Below, in pieces: positions 50,770-62,875 of a stretch of DNA of 64,000 nt (position 1 is the first letter of the stretch; each line of letters begins with the position of its first letter). Source of the stretch: Octopus sinensis (Eukaryota); NCBI RefSeq assembly GCF_006345805.1, contig NC_043005.1, positions 49,786,001 to 49,850,000 of the forward strand, written 5' to 3'. The notes beneath the pieces were generated by a model. It ran no database searches and was not told the DNA's origin. It saw only the letters and a program-made list of their open reading frames with translations. The translations under genes and the position numbers were made by a program.

Positions 50770-51420
50770 ATCAACATCATCATCATCGTTTAACGTCTGC
50801 TTTCCTTGTTGGCATGGGTTGGACGATTTGACTGAGGACTGGCAAACAAGATGGCTGCACCAGGCTCCAATCTGATCTTGCAGAGTTTCTACAATTGGAT
50901 GCCCTTCCTAATGCCAACCACTTTGAGAGTGTAGTGGGTACTTTTACATGTTACTGGCTCGAGGGCCAGTCAGGTGGTACTGGCAATGGCCGTGCTCAAT
51001 TGTTTTTTCACGTGCCACTGGCACAAATGCCAGTAAGGCGATACAGGTAATGATCATGCTTGAATGGTGCTTTTTATGTGCCACCGGCATGGAAGCCAAT
51101 CAGCTGCTCTGGAATTATCATGCTTGGATAGTGCAGTTAGCGCTCCACTAGCACAGGTGCAGGTCATCAAATTTGATTTCATTTTCACTTGCCACAACAG
51201 GTCTTCGCAAGGACAGTTTAGTATCCAATGAAGGAAAGGTATGCATAAGTGGGCTGGTTACATACCTGACATAGGACACAGGTTATGGTCTCACTTGGCT
51301 TGCCAGGTCTTCTCACGAACAGTATATTTCAAAAGGTCTCGTTCACTAGTCATTACCTCAGTATGAAGGGTGTGCTTCACCACCTCATCCCAGGTCTTCC
51401 TGGGTCTACCTTTTCCACAG
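50770..51420 (-). mobile_element. RTE LINE 3' end (ORF C-terminus, 3' UTR, (GAT)n tail)
   Basis: Minus strand CGKGRPRKTWDEVVKH.. followed by the recurrent tail. Confidence 0.8.
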
Positions 51421-51549
51421 AGCGAGTGTTGTGTTGAAGAAGCATGCTGTGTCACCAGTCAGGACATTTCAGCTGTATGAACTTTACCAATCAAGTAAAG
51501 GTGACAGGCAATAGTATCATGAGAGCATCCATCTGCCAGGCCAGGCCAG

Positions 51550-51830
51550 TTCCCAACTAGATTGGCATGGATCCTCATGGATAAGCTCATTCAGTTGATC
51601 CTCGTTGAACTAAACAGGCTCACCAGAATGCAGAGAATTTGCAAGATCAAATTTCTTCTTGAAGCATGAAAACAGTTCCTGTCATGTTCTTTCTGTAATT
51701 GCCTTTTTTCTATGCACAGCACAAATGTCTTGGGCACATTTGGCAGCTTTGGGACAAACATTGATTGAAAGCTAAGAGAAGCAGGTGTCAAAAATGCAAA
51801 TTTTTTTCTACTTGGCACTCTACCCATGAC
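51550..51830 (-). pseudogene. Mariner transposase N-terminal HTH remnant
   Basis: KAAKCAQDICAVHRKKAITERT*..FKKKFDLANSLHSGEP..FNEDQLNELIHED, like the Mos1/SETMAR N-terminus. Confidence 0.7.
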
Positions 51831-52182
51831 ATGTCTAAAAACCGATAAAATTTATTCAAATTACAAAAACAATAAACAAAAGTTGTAGAGGAAGGACAGA
51901 GCTACAAAAAAGAAATTAAACACCATGATAAAAATATTTTACATGTTAATTCAAATAACATTGGAAAAAAATGAACAAATTCAAAATGACACAATATAAT
52001 GTTGACTACATTCTTTCATCTGCCCTTCCTTTGTGAAAAGAATAGGGCACAGTTTGACTGAACTTTGGTTTGTATTTCTAGCAGGTCAGTCAGCCACATA
52101 GAGGCTCCTTTTCTTATTGGTGTTTAGGCCCAGGTTATCCTGCATGAAGCAGGTATATGATAATAAGGTATATGATAATAAA

Positions 52183-52412
52183 GTGGCGAGCTGGCAGAAA
52201 CGTTAGCACGTCGGGCGAAATGCTTAGCGGTATTTCGTCTGCGTTACGTTGTGAGTTCAAATTCCGCCGAGGTCGACTTTGCCTTTCATCCTTTCGGGGT
52301 CGATAAATTAAGTACCAGTTACGCACTGGGGTCAATGTAATCGACTTAATACCTATGTCTGTCCTTGTTTGTCCCCTCTGTGTTTAGCCCCTTGTGGGTA
52401 ATAAAGAAATAG
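52183..52412 (+). mobile_element. SINE family C with ~16 bp target-site duplication
   Basis: GGTATATGATAATAA flanks both sides (two copies upstream). A box TGGCAGAAACGTTAG, B box GAGTTCAAATTCC. Confidence 0.9.
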
Positions 52413-53034
52413 GTATATGATAATAAGTGCTGCAGCCACAATCATCCTGTATCTATAGAATGGACTACATTGTTTAATGTGTCCTTCCTTTTTAAGAAGC
52501 TTTGGCATATGATTTGATAAAATTTTGGCTGCTATTTCTAGCATTTTTAACGACTATATAGTGGTTTCCTTATTGGTTTGTGGTTGATTTAGATGTTATT
52601 TTGTCTAGGTCATTCCTAATTGATCATATTTATAATTAAAAACATTCTAGCCATGACCACCACATGTCTTTATAGGTACAAAACACAATATATCATAACA
52701 TCTAATGGGTCCTTCCTTTCCAGACAGTGGGCTGTAATTTCACTCAATGTTGTTGATAGTCTTGTTTTATGTACTATAAACTTAATGGTACAATATATAT
52801 GAAGATTAATCAAATAACTAGCCAGACTGGGAAAATAATAAGTAAGGTTGATATTGATATAATAGTCAGCTAAAACCCTTGAAAGTAGTATCCCTGCTTG
52901 TTATAGGACGCTGAACTTCATGAAGAAGAGGATGTCATACTGAATGTAACAAGGGGTTGAAATGCCGTGCCTGGAGAAGGCCCTCAAACCTATGCAAGCA
53001 TGGAAGGAACATAGGACACTGTCAGTGATGACAA

Positions 53035-53352
53035 TATCGATCATGTTGGTGATGACAGTGAAGATAATGATGATGATGATGATGATGACAGTTACAATGA
53101 TGATGGTGATGATGATGTCGATGATGATGATGACATCAATGATGTCGATGATGATGATAATGATGATGATAATGATGATGAAAATGATGATGAAAACGAT
53201 AATGACAATGATAATGATGGTGATGATGATGAATGATGATGACAGCAATGATGTCAATGACAACAATGATGATGATAATGATGATGAAAATAATAACGAT
53301 GATGACAATGATGATGACGATGATGATGATGATGATGACGACGACGATGACA
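53035..53352. repeat. (GAT)n-rich trinucleotide microsatellite (expanded LINE tail)
   Basis: Directly visible and follows an RTE-tail-like segment. Confidence 0.95.
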
Positions 53353-53807
53353 CTGCGGATATTGTGGTTGACTTCATTATAGAGATTGTCATAATATTTA
53401 CTCAGTTTATCTCACAATTGACCCAATATGTATCACACAGTGAAAGTTAATTAAGCTTCTTAACAAAACTGTTGATAATATAAATAGTCTTGTAAGGACA
53501 TTGTAAAAAGGTAAAAAGTTCATGTTCATACAAGAATATAGAGACTGAGAGAGGGGGGATGGGAGGGGGAAGAGAAAGAAGGGAAGAGAGAGGAGGAAGA
53601 GAGACAGGGGTGAGAGAGAGAGAGGCGGGGGTGAGGGAATTGAGTTGAGAAAGACATACAATCAGAAACAGTGACACAGACACACAGTTATGAATACATA
53701 CATACATACATACATGCATACATACATACATACATATTACATACATACATACATTCATACATACATACATACATACATACATACATACATGCATACATAT
53801 ATACATA

Positions 53808-54090
53808 CATAATTGGAACTGTAAAATTCTGTAAAACTTCCCCAAAGTTTAGCATTTAAGTACATATGTACAGGTTTAGATGTGCAACTATATGCATGAG
53901 AATACATACATAAAACAAGCCACCCCAAATCTGCACAAGAACTGACTCCAAGTACTGCATACACTTACCCAAACATGCACCAATTCCCTGTTGATGTTGT
54001 TTAAAATTCCAATGGAAGAACCTTGGATTTAGGTTAAGAATGACTCTTTCTCCATCAACAAGAAATCTAGAAATAGAATGAAATAATATC
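53808..54090 (+). mobile_element. 5'-truncated 3' end of an R4/Dong-like retrotransposon within (CATA)n
   Basis: Homologous to 56130-56400 (aactgactc..ccctgttgatgtt..aaattccaatg..ccttggat). Flanked by (CATA)n on both sides. Confidence 0.75.
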
Positions 54091-54172
54091 ATACATACAT
54101 ACATACATTATGTTATTATTATTATGGCTGCCCCCTTGTTATCGAGTATGGCCATTGCACAAAGCTTAACTG

Positions 54173-54514
54173 TTACTGGTGCTGTGATCGAATGTGACTT
54201 TTTAGCCCAGCTAAAGATCTGCAATGTCTTGTACAGAATTGGCAACTAATACCTTTACCGGTAATAGATGGCTGTAGTTGTAACTGGGCTTCATTTACCT
54301 TTGTATGTCGTTTAAGTCCTCCTGCCGAATTACACTCTCTTCCACATGCCCGACAGATATGATTAGTATGGTGTGTTACACCACCACCAGTGGCCAGGTT
54401 GTCACTCATCTGTCTTGCTTTATGACTACGAAAATGATTCTTGAGTCCAGCTTTACTGAGGAAGGGTCTTGCACAGACATTGCATGTCAGCATCAAAGGA
54501 AGACATACATACAT
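54173..54514 (-). CDS. Triple C2H2 zinc-finger ORF fragment (probably a LINE C-terminus)
   Basis: CNVCARPFLSKAGLKNHFRSH, CRACGRECNSAGGLKRHTKV(N), CQFCTRHCRSLAGLKSHIRSH. No TGEKP linkers. Embedded in (TATG)n. Confidence 0.7.
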   Translation of the reverse strand: MYVCLPLMLTCNVCARPFLSKAGLKNHFRSHKARQMSDNLATGGGVTHHTNHICRACGRECNSAGGLKRHTKVNEAQLQLQPSITGKGISCQFCTRHCRSLAGLKSHIRSQHQ

Positions 54515-54699
54515 ACATACTGTCAGACAGATAGACAGGTAGAGAGACAGACTGATAAACAGACAAACTGACAGACAAATACTGAGAATACCTGCTGGTA
54601 ATAATGAATATAAGGTTAGTCACAAGCAATGAAAATGTACTCAACACATTACATACAGAGTTGGGTAAGTTTTATCCTTCCATCCAATTTTTTTTCTGA

Positions 54700-56400
54700 T
54701 GAAGCATGTTACAGGTATCTAGGGGTAGATTAAAACATACCTTTTGATAGCACCTGTAACAAGGCACATATCACTAAGGAATATTACAGCTGGGTAAAGA
54801 AAACATGGACCTTGGAACTCTCTGCATTCAATAAAACAGTGGTCCACAATGTGTTTGCAGTGCCAATACTCATACCAACATTTGGGGCTGCTTGATTGGA
54901 TGTTTGATGAGATACAAGTCATTGATGTGAAACCTCAGAAGATACTAACAAGCACACAATTTCCACATCAAGAGTGACATAGACTGCCTCTACCTAAAAG
55001 AAAAACAAGGCAGCAGAGGCTTAACATCGATTCAGACTGCTTTTGAATGTTATATCATATCCCTTCGGCAACAACTTTTAACCATCAAGTATTGAAGTGT
55101 ATCCCTTGACCAAATTTGCCTACACAATGTAGATAACATAATGAGACTTGGAAAGCAGCCCCTAGAACAGCATTCCTTGTCTGATAACCTTAAATACATG
55201 CCCAAAGATGTCACATGACTTTACTGCAACACATCATCAGATTAAAGGATGAGCATATATCAGAAGATCATCAAAGCAGTCTATCATGGACCAGCAACTG
55301 GATTACTAACTGTCACTTGGGAGGGTATGCATTTGCAATCCAGGAACAGGAAATATCAATCAAATACCTGATGCACAAAAGGGGCAGAGATGCAGAGAAA
55401 ACACTAAAATGGGATAATCAATGCAGACTTTGTGGATTTAACACTGAAGATGTCACCCACATCGTAAGCAGTTGTCCAAAAATATCATTGTGTTATTATC
55501 TACTTTGCCAGCCTCATCTGTGGTACATAAAAAGCACCTACTACACTCTCGGAGTGGTTGGCGTTAGGAAGGACATCCAGCCATAGAAACATTGCCGAAT
55601 CAGGCTGGGCCTGGTGTAGCCTTCTGGCTTCCCAGACCCCTGCTGAAGCGTCCAACCCATGGAAAGCGGATGCTAAACGATGATGATGATGATGATGATG
55701 AGCCATGACATGTATAATGAGATCTGTGAAAAGGATAGCCCCAAGGCCAAAGAGGTAAAAACTTACAGAATAGTAGAGATCATAGCCACTCACAATATGA
55801 AAGACTACTGTGGAATGTCCCAGTGAAAACCTCAATAAAATGTAAATATAACAGATCAGACATAGTGATCTCGGATGGAAAATAGAAACTACGTACTGCA
55901 GTGGAAATCAGCTGCCCAGTGGATGACAGCAAGCTAAAAATCAGTGGAAAAGAAAACACCCATGCTGAACTATTGAGAAATTTGCAGTTACTCTGCCTGG
56001 ATTTCAAGTTCAGGTTTATAATTATTGGGGCTCTGGGATATGTAACAAACTGTCTAAGCACTGATCTTGAAAAATTAGGCTTCTTAAAACTTGAAAGGAG
56101 AAAGCTAATAAAAAAAGTACAGATTCAAATCATCAATGGAACTGGAAAACTTTGTGAAACTTTCCAGAAGTTTCATATTTAAGAATATATGCTCATGTCT
56201 AGACATGCAACTATATGCATAAGAATACATGCATAAGATAAAGCATATAAATCTGCACATGAACTGACTCTAAACACTGCACACATATACACAAATACCC
56301 TGTTGATGTTGAAATTCCAATGAAGGACCCTTGGATCTAGGTTAGAAACCAGCTCTTTCTCTATAGGCAAGAAGTTTCGAATTAATTTTGAATAATAACA
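54700..56400 (+). mobile_element. R4/Dong-clade non-LTR retrotransposon 3' part (RT C-terminus, CCHC knuckle, restriction-like endonuclease), interrupted by an RTE tail at ~55510-55700
   Basis: YRYLGVD..ELSAFNKTVVHNVFAVP..QGSRGL; AIQEQEI..CRLCGFNTEDVTHIVSSC; EISCP..IIIGALG. Frameshifted. Confidence 0.85.
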
Positions 56401-56420
56401 TACATAATAAAATAAATGTA

Positions 56421-56662
56421 CCCTTTTAAAGCCTAGCCAGGCTCATGGTCCCGGTTTCCCGGTTTCAATGGCATATGTGTTCCCCAGCTGGATGGGACGC
56501 CAGTCCATCACAGTGTTACTCATTTTTGTCAGCTGAGTGGACTGGAGCAATGTGAAATGAAGTGTTTTGCTCAAGAACACAACGCGTCGCCCGGTCCAGG
56601 AATCGAAACCACAATCTTACGATCATGGTGCTGACACCCTAACCACTAAGCTACGTGCCTCC
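56421..56662 (-). mobile_element. SINE family B (young)
   Basis: Head GGAGGCACGTAGCTTAGTGGTTAGGG..GGTTTCGATTCCTGG. Confidence 0.85.
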
Positions 56663-57296
56663 ACAATAACATACATACTTAAGTATATAGTGTACTATCA
56701 ATGATAAATTAATGGCTGAAATCAAAAAAATTGATAATCCACTAAAAGATCATGGTGGCTAAAGTTTAGTCTGAACTTCTGCGAGTGACTTCTACAGGAA
56801 GAAAATGGAGACAAGTGAAGGAATTATAGAGAGCCATAGTTATTGAAACAGTTGACTGTAATAGAAAAAGGTAAAAATGACACATATTGTTGTATCTTGC
56901 TGAAAGCATCAAGTATGCGGAAACAAAATTTTATAGGCAAAAAAATTTGTAAGGAACATAGCAATTTATGAAAATGAGTAAAGAAGCTCTCCTGATCTGA
57001 ATAATCCATTGTTTGGGTTAGCTTCTTTTTTTTTTTCTTTACTTACAGTTCCGTTGTCATAAGGAACGCTCAATCCAACATATTGATTGTTCAAATTTAT
57101 GCAACATGATCACAATCAGTAAACTGTTTCCATTCAAAAACAGGCAGTGGTTTTTGTGGGCGTTTTTTTTTTTTTGTTTTTGTTTTTGCACTATGGACTG
57201 TGACATTTCCGATACATATTTTATTAACCCCATACACAGAGATGAATGGTAAGATATGAACTTTGAATTAGTGATATCAAAACTAAATACTTTTAC

Positions 57297-58782
57297 CCTT
57301 TTACTTGTTTCAGTCATTTGACTGCGGTCATGCCGGAGCACCACCTTTAGTTGAATAAAATCGACCCCAGGACTTATTCTTTGTATGCATAGTACTTATT
57401 CTATTGGCCTCTTTTTGCTGAACCGCTAAGTGTCAGGGACATAGACACACCAGCATTGGTTGTCAAGCGATGGTGGGAGGACAGACACAGACACAGACAC
57501 AAACAACAAACACATATATATACATATAGATATATATACGACTGGCTTCTTTCAGTTTCCGTCTATCAAATCCACTCACAAGGCCACAAGGCTTTGGTCA
57601 GCCCGAGGCTATAGCAGAAGACACTTGCCCAAGGTACCATGCAGTAGGACTGAACCTGGAACCATGTGGTTGGGAAGCAAGCTTCTTTACCACACAGCCA
57701 CTCCTGCACCTATTTGAAATATATTTAATACATTTCTGTACTGTCAGGGCCATCTTCACCACAACTATAATTGCAAAGAGACTCGTGGTCTCCCAAATGA
57801 GCTAGATAGTGTGGGAGAGTCAATGTAGTCACACAATCTGCTAGACATAACAGTAAAATGTTGTTGGTGAATGCAATTGAGACAACTTTAAATTAAAATC
57901 ACCATCCATGCATCATATCATTTATCTTTTGCTTGTTGCAGTTATTAGACTGTGGCCATGCTGGAGCACTGCTTTCAAGAATCTTAGTCAAATGAATTGA
58001 CCCCAGTCCTTTTCCTTTTTTTTAAGCCTGGTACTTACTCCATTGGTCTCTTTTGCTGAACTGCTAAGTTACGGGTATGCAAACACTCCAACACTGGTTG
58101 TCAAACAGTGCTAGGGTAACAGACAGACACAAACACATGCACTCACACATACACATGCATGCATGCACATACACACACACATGAGTTTCATTCAGTTTCC
58201 ATTTACCTGATCCCACTCACAAGATTTTGGTTGGCTGGAGGCCATACTAGTAGACACCGGGCCAAGGTGCCACACAGTGGGACTGAACTTGGAAACCATG
58301 CGGTGGGGAATGAAGTTTCTTACCATACTGCAACATCTGTGTCATTACTAAATCTATATACTCTGTTGAAAGTTATGATGCTTTTGTCTTTACTCTTTTA
58401 CTTGTTTCAGTCATTTGACTGCGGCCATGCTGGAGCACTGCCTTTAGTCGAGTAAATTGACCTCGGGACTTATTCTTTGTAAGCCCAGTACTTATTCTAT
58501 CGGTCTCTTTTGTCGAACCGCCAAGTGACGGGGACGTAAACACACCAGCATCGGTTGTCAAGAAATGCTAGGGGGACAAACATATACACACACATACATA
58601 TATATATATAAATATATACGACAGGCTTCTTTTAGTTTCCATCCACCAAATCCACTCACAAGGCATTGGTCGGCCCGGGGCTATAGCAGAAGACACTTGC
58701 CCAAGGTGCCACGCAGTGGGACTGAACCTGGAACCATTTGGCTGGTTAGCAAGCTACTTACCACACAGCCACTCCTGCGCCT
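57297..58782 (-). mobile_element. Three co-oriented family A SINEs (~57297-57712, ~57925-58335, 58391-58782)
   Basis: Each is collinear with the family pattern, with differing divergence. Confidence 0.85.
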
Positions 58783-58923
58783 ATGTCTGAGAAAAATCAC
58801 TTTATAGACGTGTCAGAATAGGGCAAATATTGTTGAAGCGGTGGCTTATGAGAACAACAGATGCATTATGCCCTATTTAGAACTTGTCAATGCCATATAG
58901 AAAGCAGTGAACAGCAAACTCAC

Positions 58924-58948
58924 TTGTTCTTGCAGAAAAGTTACTGAG
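58924..58948 (-). CDS. Candidate 25-nt micro-exon of a right-hand minus-strand gene
   Basis: Acceptor TTTTTTTTTACAG and donor GTGAGT are both near consensus. Reads LSNFSART (phase 0 to 1) or SVTFLQEQ. Confidence 0.4.
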
Positions 58949-58969
58949 CTGTAAAAAAAAAACTCAGTG

Positions 58970-59003
58970 AACAACAACAGCAGCAGCAGCAACTACAACT
59001 ACC

Positions 59004-59048
<45 letters not shown>

Positions 59049-59141
59049 GCCACCACCACTACTACTACTACCACCACCACCACTACTACTACTACAATTA
59101 CTACCACTACCACCACCACCACCACCACCACCACCACCACC

Positions 59142-59203
<62 letters not shown>
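58970..59203. repeat. (TAC)n/(CAC)n compound trinucleotide microsatellite
   Basis: Directly visible. Confidence 0.97.
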
Positions 59204-59603
59204 ATCCTTACCATTATCATCAATGTCATCACAATTTAGTGTCCATTTTCCATGCTGGTATGAATTGAATGGTTTGACAGGACCTGGCCAGCTGAAGAGC
59301 TGCCTGGGCCCTATGTCTCTTTTGGCATGGTTTCTACGGCTGGATGCCCTTCCTAACACCAACCACTTTACAGAATGTACTGGGTGCTCCTATACAGTAC
59401 GAGTGCTTTGTACGTGGCACCAATACCCATGAGCCTGTAAGATTAAAGTAAAATCATCATTTGTATACCATACTTGATGTATATATACCTTTGAAAGGCA
59501 CAATGCTGTGGTTTTTGTCAGAGAGAAAATATTTTCCTGGACATGTTTTAAAAAATAGAATATATATTGGAATGAAGCAAAGATCATTGCAGCAGTGACT
59601 CAC

Positions 59604-59672
59604 AAGAAAGATGCATTCCAACTCTACTTGGGGTGGATCAGGTGTCAATGGTGTGCACCTCTTAGTCACTTG
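59604..59672 (-). CDS. Candidate 69-nt exon of a right-hand minus-strand gene
   Basis: Acceptor gattttattttag, donor GTGAGT, one open frame (phase 0 to 0): QVTKRCTPLTPDPPQVELECIFL. Confidence 0.45.
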
Positions 59673-60129
59673 CTAAAATAAAATCTAGTAAACAGTACAT
59701 TCACTAGTATTGAGGAAAGCTTATCAAGCTCTAAAATCTTGGTGAATGTAATTGAAACTATTAAATTAAAATTACCATCTGTGTATCATACTAAATGCAT
59801 ATACACCATTGAAAAGGTATGATGCTGTGGTTACTGGGAACAGAAAATCTCTTCACAAACATGTTGTGCTAAAAATGCAGGATACTGGGGTCACACACAC
59901 ACACACACGCTATTTTATTAAAGCTGTAAAAACTTTACAAACAGTTATTCAGAATTTCCAGTGACCCAGCACAGTGCATCAAAGGAAGGCATGGGTGAAA
60001 CAAACTGCAGCAGAAGTGATTTACACTGTCAATGTGTGAGATGTTTGCATTTTGACTCATCTAGGCTTAAATACCCCAATATTGGCTCCACAAGGCCTTG
60101 TCGTTCCAGCGGTCACATGACCTTGTTAT

Positions 60130-60438
60130 TAAACGAACCTGTTGTTTGTATTGGTCGACTTCTGGTTGTCCATTCACATTGGCACAACGGTTTATTTTTC
60201 CTTATGCAGGAAATTAATTGCCAGCTTCTGGAAGCCAACTATTCTCCATAAGTATGGCAGTTCTCAACTGTTGTAGGTCTTTGGCACTTGCCACTGACCA
60301 CATGCAACTTGTCTCCAGTAACGATGTATCTGACACCAGCCAGTCTCCACTTTCACCTCCACCGGACGCCTGTCTATATAATTGCTGTATGAACACTACA
60401 TGACCAACAGACCAACGGCTGTCTCTATACACCACCAA
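60130..60438 (-). pseudogene. Possible degraded Tc1-type transposase C-terminus
   Basis: One frame continues through stops: MWSVASAKDLQQLRTAILMENSWLPEAGN*FPA*GKINRCANVNGQ, loosely like the Tc1 C-terminal helices. Confidence 0.3.
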
Positions 60439-60780
60439 AGTATTTCAACAGTCCAGTCTAACCACAAATTTCTGTGTTGTAACATGTATCTTATTTCATC
60501 TATGGTAATCATTGTATTTTATAACAGAGAATAGATCATCACTTAGCAGTTCAGTTTCAATCTCAAATTGTATATATCACATTTCAACATTATCCTCATT
60601 AACCATCTTTGTTATATAAAACTGTGGAAGACTTGAAGTCACAGCGTCTGAACCTCAAGCATGTTAAGGCCAGTGCCATGGAGTGTGAACTAATATCATC
60701 ACCAGAGTCCCTCACCTACAGTAGGACATATTTCATAGGACATCTTTCCCCACTGGTCACCAGCTGGAGATTTTACTTAC

Positions 60781-61194
60781 TCTCTTACTCTTTACTCTTT
60801 TACTCTTTTACTTGTTTCAGTTATTTGACTGGGGCCATGCTGGAGCACTGCCTTTAATTGAACAATTCGACCCCGGGACTTATTCTTTTGTAAGCCTAGT
60901 ACCTATTCTATCGGTCTCTTTTGCTGAACCGCTAAGTAACGGGGACATAAACACACCAGCATCGGCTGTCAAGCAATGCTAGGGGGACAAACACAGACAC
61001 ACAAACACACACACGCATATATATACATACATATATACGACGGGCTTCTTTCAGTTTCCGACTACCAAATCCACTCATAAGGCTTTGGTTGGCCTGAGGC
61101 TATAGTAGAAGACACTTGCCCAAGGTGCCACGCAGTGGGACTGAACCCGGAACCATGTGGTTGGTAAACAAGCTACTTACCACACAGCCACTCC
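60781..61194 (-). mobile_element. SINE family A (young)
   Basis: Near-identical to 14192-14601. Confidence 0.9.
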
Positions 61195-61472
61195 TTACTA
61201 CTTACTTCACTTAAATGGTTACATTATTAGTATGAACAAGAAGGCCGTGAGCTTGCAGAATTGTTAGCTTGCTGGAAAATAAACTCAGCGGCAATTCATA
61301 CATCTTTACATTCTCAATTCAAATGTCACCAAAGGTAAACTTTGCCTTTATTTCTTTCAGGGTTGATAAAATAAATATCATTTGAGCACTGAGGTTGATG
61401 TCAATTGAATTACTCTCTCCCACAAAATTTCGGATCTTGTGCCTATAGTAGAAAGGGCTACTTGTGAGAACA

Positions 61473-61721
61473 GGGCAGCGAGCTGGTAAGGGTGGCGAGC
61501 TGGCAGAAGCGTTAGCACATCGGGCGAAATGCTTAGCGGTATTTCGTCTGTCGCTACGTTCTGAGTTCAAATTCCGCCAAGGTCGACTTTGCCTTTCATC
61601 CTTTCGGGGTCGATTAAATAAGTACCAGTTACGCACTGGGGTCGATATAATCGAGATAATCCATTTGTCTGTCCTTGTTTGTCCTCTCTGTGTTTAGCCC
61701 CTTGTGGGTAGTAAAGAAATA
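61473..61721 (+). mobile_element. SINE family C with target-site duplication and duplicated head
   Basis: GGCTAC(T/A)TGTGAGAACA lies on both flanks. Confidence 0.88.
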
Positions 61722-62179
61722 GGCTACATGTGAGAACAAAGGTAGTAGTAAACAGGCAGAACTGTTAAGAATGTAAAAAGAAAAAAAAAATTGGCAGCAT
61801 TTACTTCCAGCTTTGTCTTTCATCCCCTTAGGGTCAATAAAATAAAGTACCAGTCAGGAAGTCAGGACTCGGGTCAGTGCTATCAATCAGTCTCCTCCCA
61901 CTAAAACTACTGACCTTCAACCAAAATTTGAAACAATTACTAGTGTGAGATGGGGTTCTGAGTTCAAATTCTGCAGAGGTTACTTTGCCTTTCATCCTTT
62001 TAAAATCAATTGCCTTACTGAAGTGTCAGGTATACGAAACAAGAACGGAAAAACAGACAATGTTACACGAATATAAATACAAAAATACAATAAAAAAACA
62101 ACAATAATAATAATAATAACAGGACATAACAACAGGCGTCTTTCGACTGGGGACGAATTGAATTCAGCTGAAGCCTTAC

Positions 62180-62255
62180 GACAGAGGGAAGAATATCGAT
62201 GTGGCAGTGACCGTGGCCTTAGCCTTGCCATTGCCCATAGTAATGCTGTGAACAT
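62180..62255 (-). CDS. Candidate first coding exon (Arg/Ser-rich, transit-peptide-like)
   Basis: GCCAAC-ATG context, MFTALLWAMARLRPRSLPHRYSSLC, donor GTAAGG (phase 1). The upstream segment also has a homologue at ~35690, so a repeat origin is possible. Confidence 0.3.
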
Positions 62256-62875
62256 GTTGGCTTGCTTCAGTAGGTTCTGTTAAACCTTGTGGTATGCAAT
62301 CACACGTAGCACTTAATGCTGAAATGGGCATTTATCTTCTTTCTTTCTCTTTTTTCCTTCTTCATCCATGTTTGTGTTTTTTCCAGTTTTGGATTTATTT
62401 TTTAAATGTGGTTTTGTATATATACGTATCATATACATACGTGTTGTATATATGTTAATATTAAAGTACCTAAATTTTCACTAATTTGCCATCTTATTAG
62501 ATTTTATAAATAAAATAAATAGCAGTCGGGCACTGGGGGTTGATGTAATTGACTTACTCTTCCTTTAAAATTGCAGGCCTTGTGCCAAAATTTGAAACCT
62601 TTATTAGCATCAGGGAACATAAGGTAAATAAAATACATGAATTCTTTAAAAAATTAGATCTTGGACAATGTTTTAAAATTGTTGTAACTGTAGTTAAGAA
62701 TTTCTCATCACAACCATCAGGTGTCAGATTCAACCCCATTTTTCGACATCATGTGCAGGTTCCTTCTGAAATTGCCTTAGGTCGATTAATGCCTTATAAG
62801 TGATATTTAGTTGAAAGAAACTGGGAGATCAGTTGATTTAAAGATTGAAGGTGAAGTTGTGAGGAAACCAGTTGC

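Noticed and set aside
51591-51827. Minus-strand exon-like ORF with good splice sites
   Set aside because: Another frame matches a mariner transposase HTH, so it is better explained as a TE fossil.
52901-53450. Poly-Met/Asp and poly-Ser/Ile ORFs
   Set aside because: They come from the (GAT)n microsatellite.
58964-59362. Poly-Val and poly-His/Tyr ORFs
   Set aside because: They come from the (TAC)/(CAC)n microsatellite plus an RTE tail.
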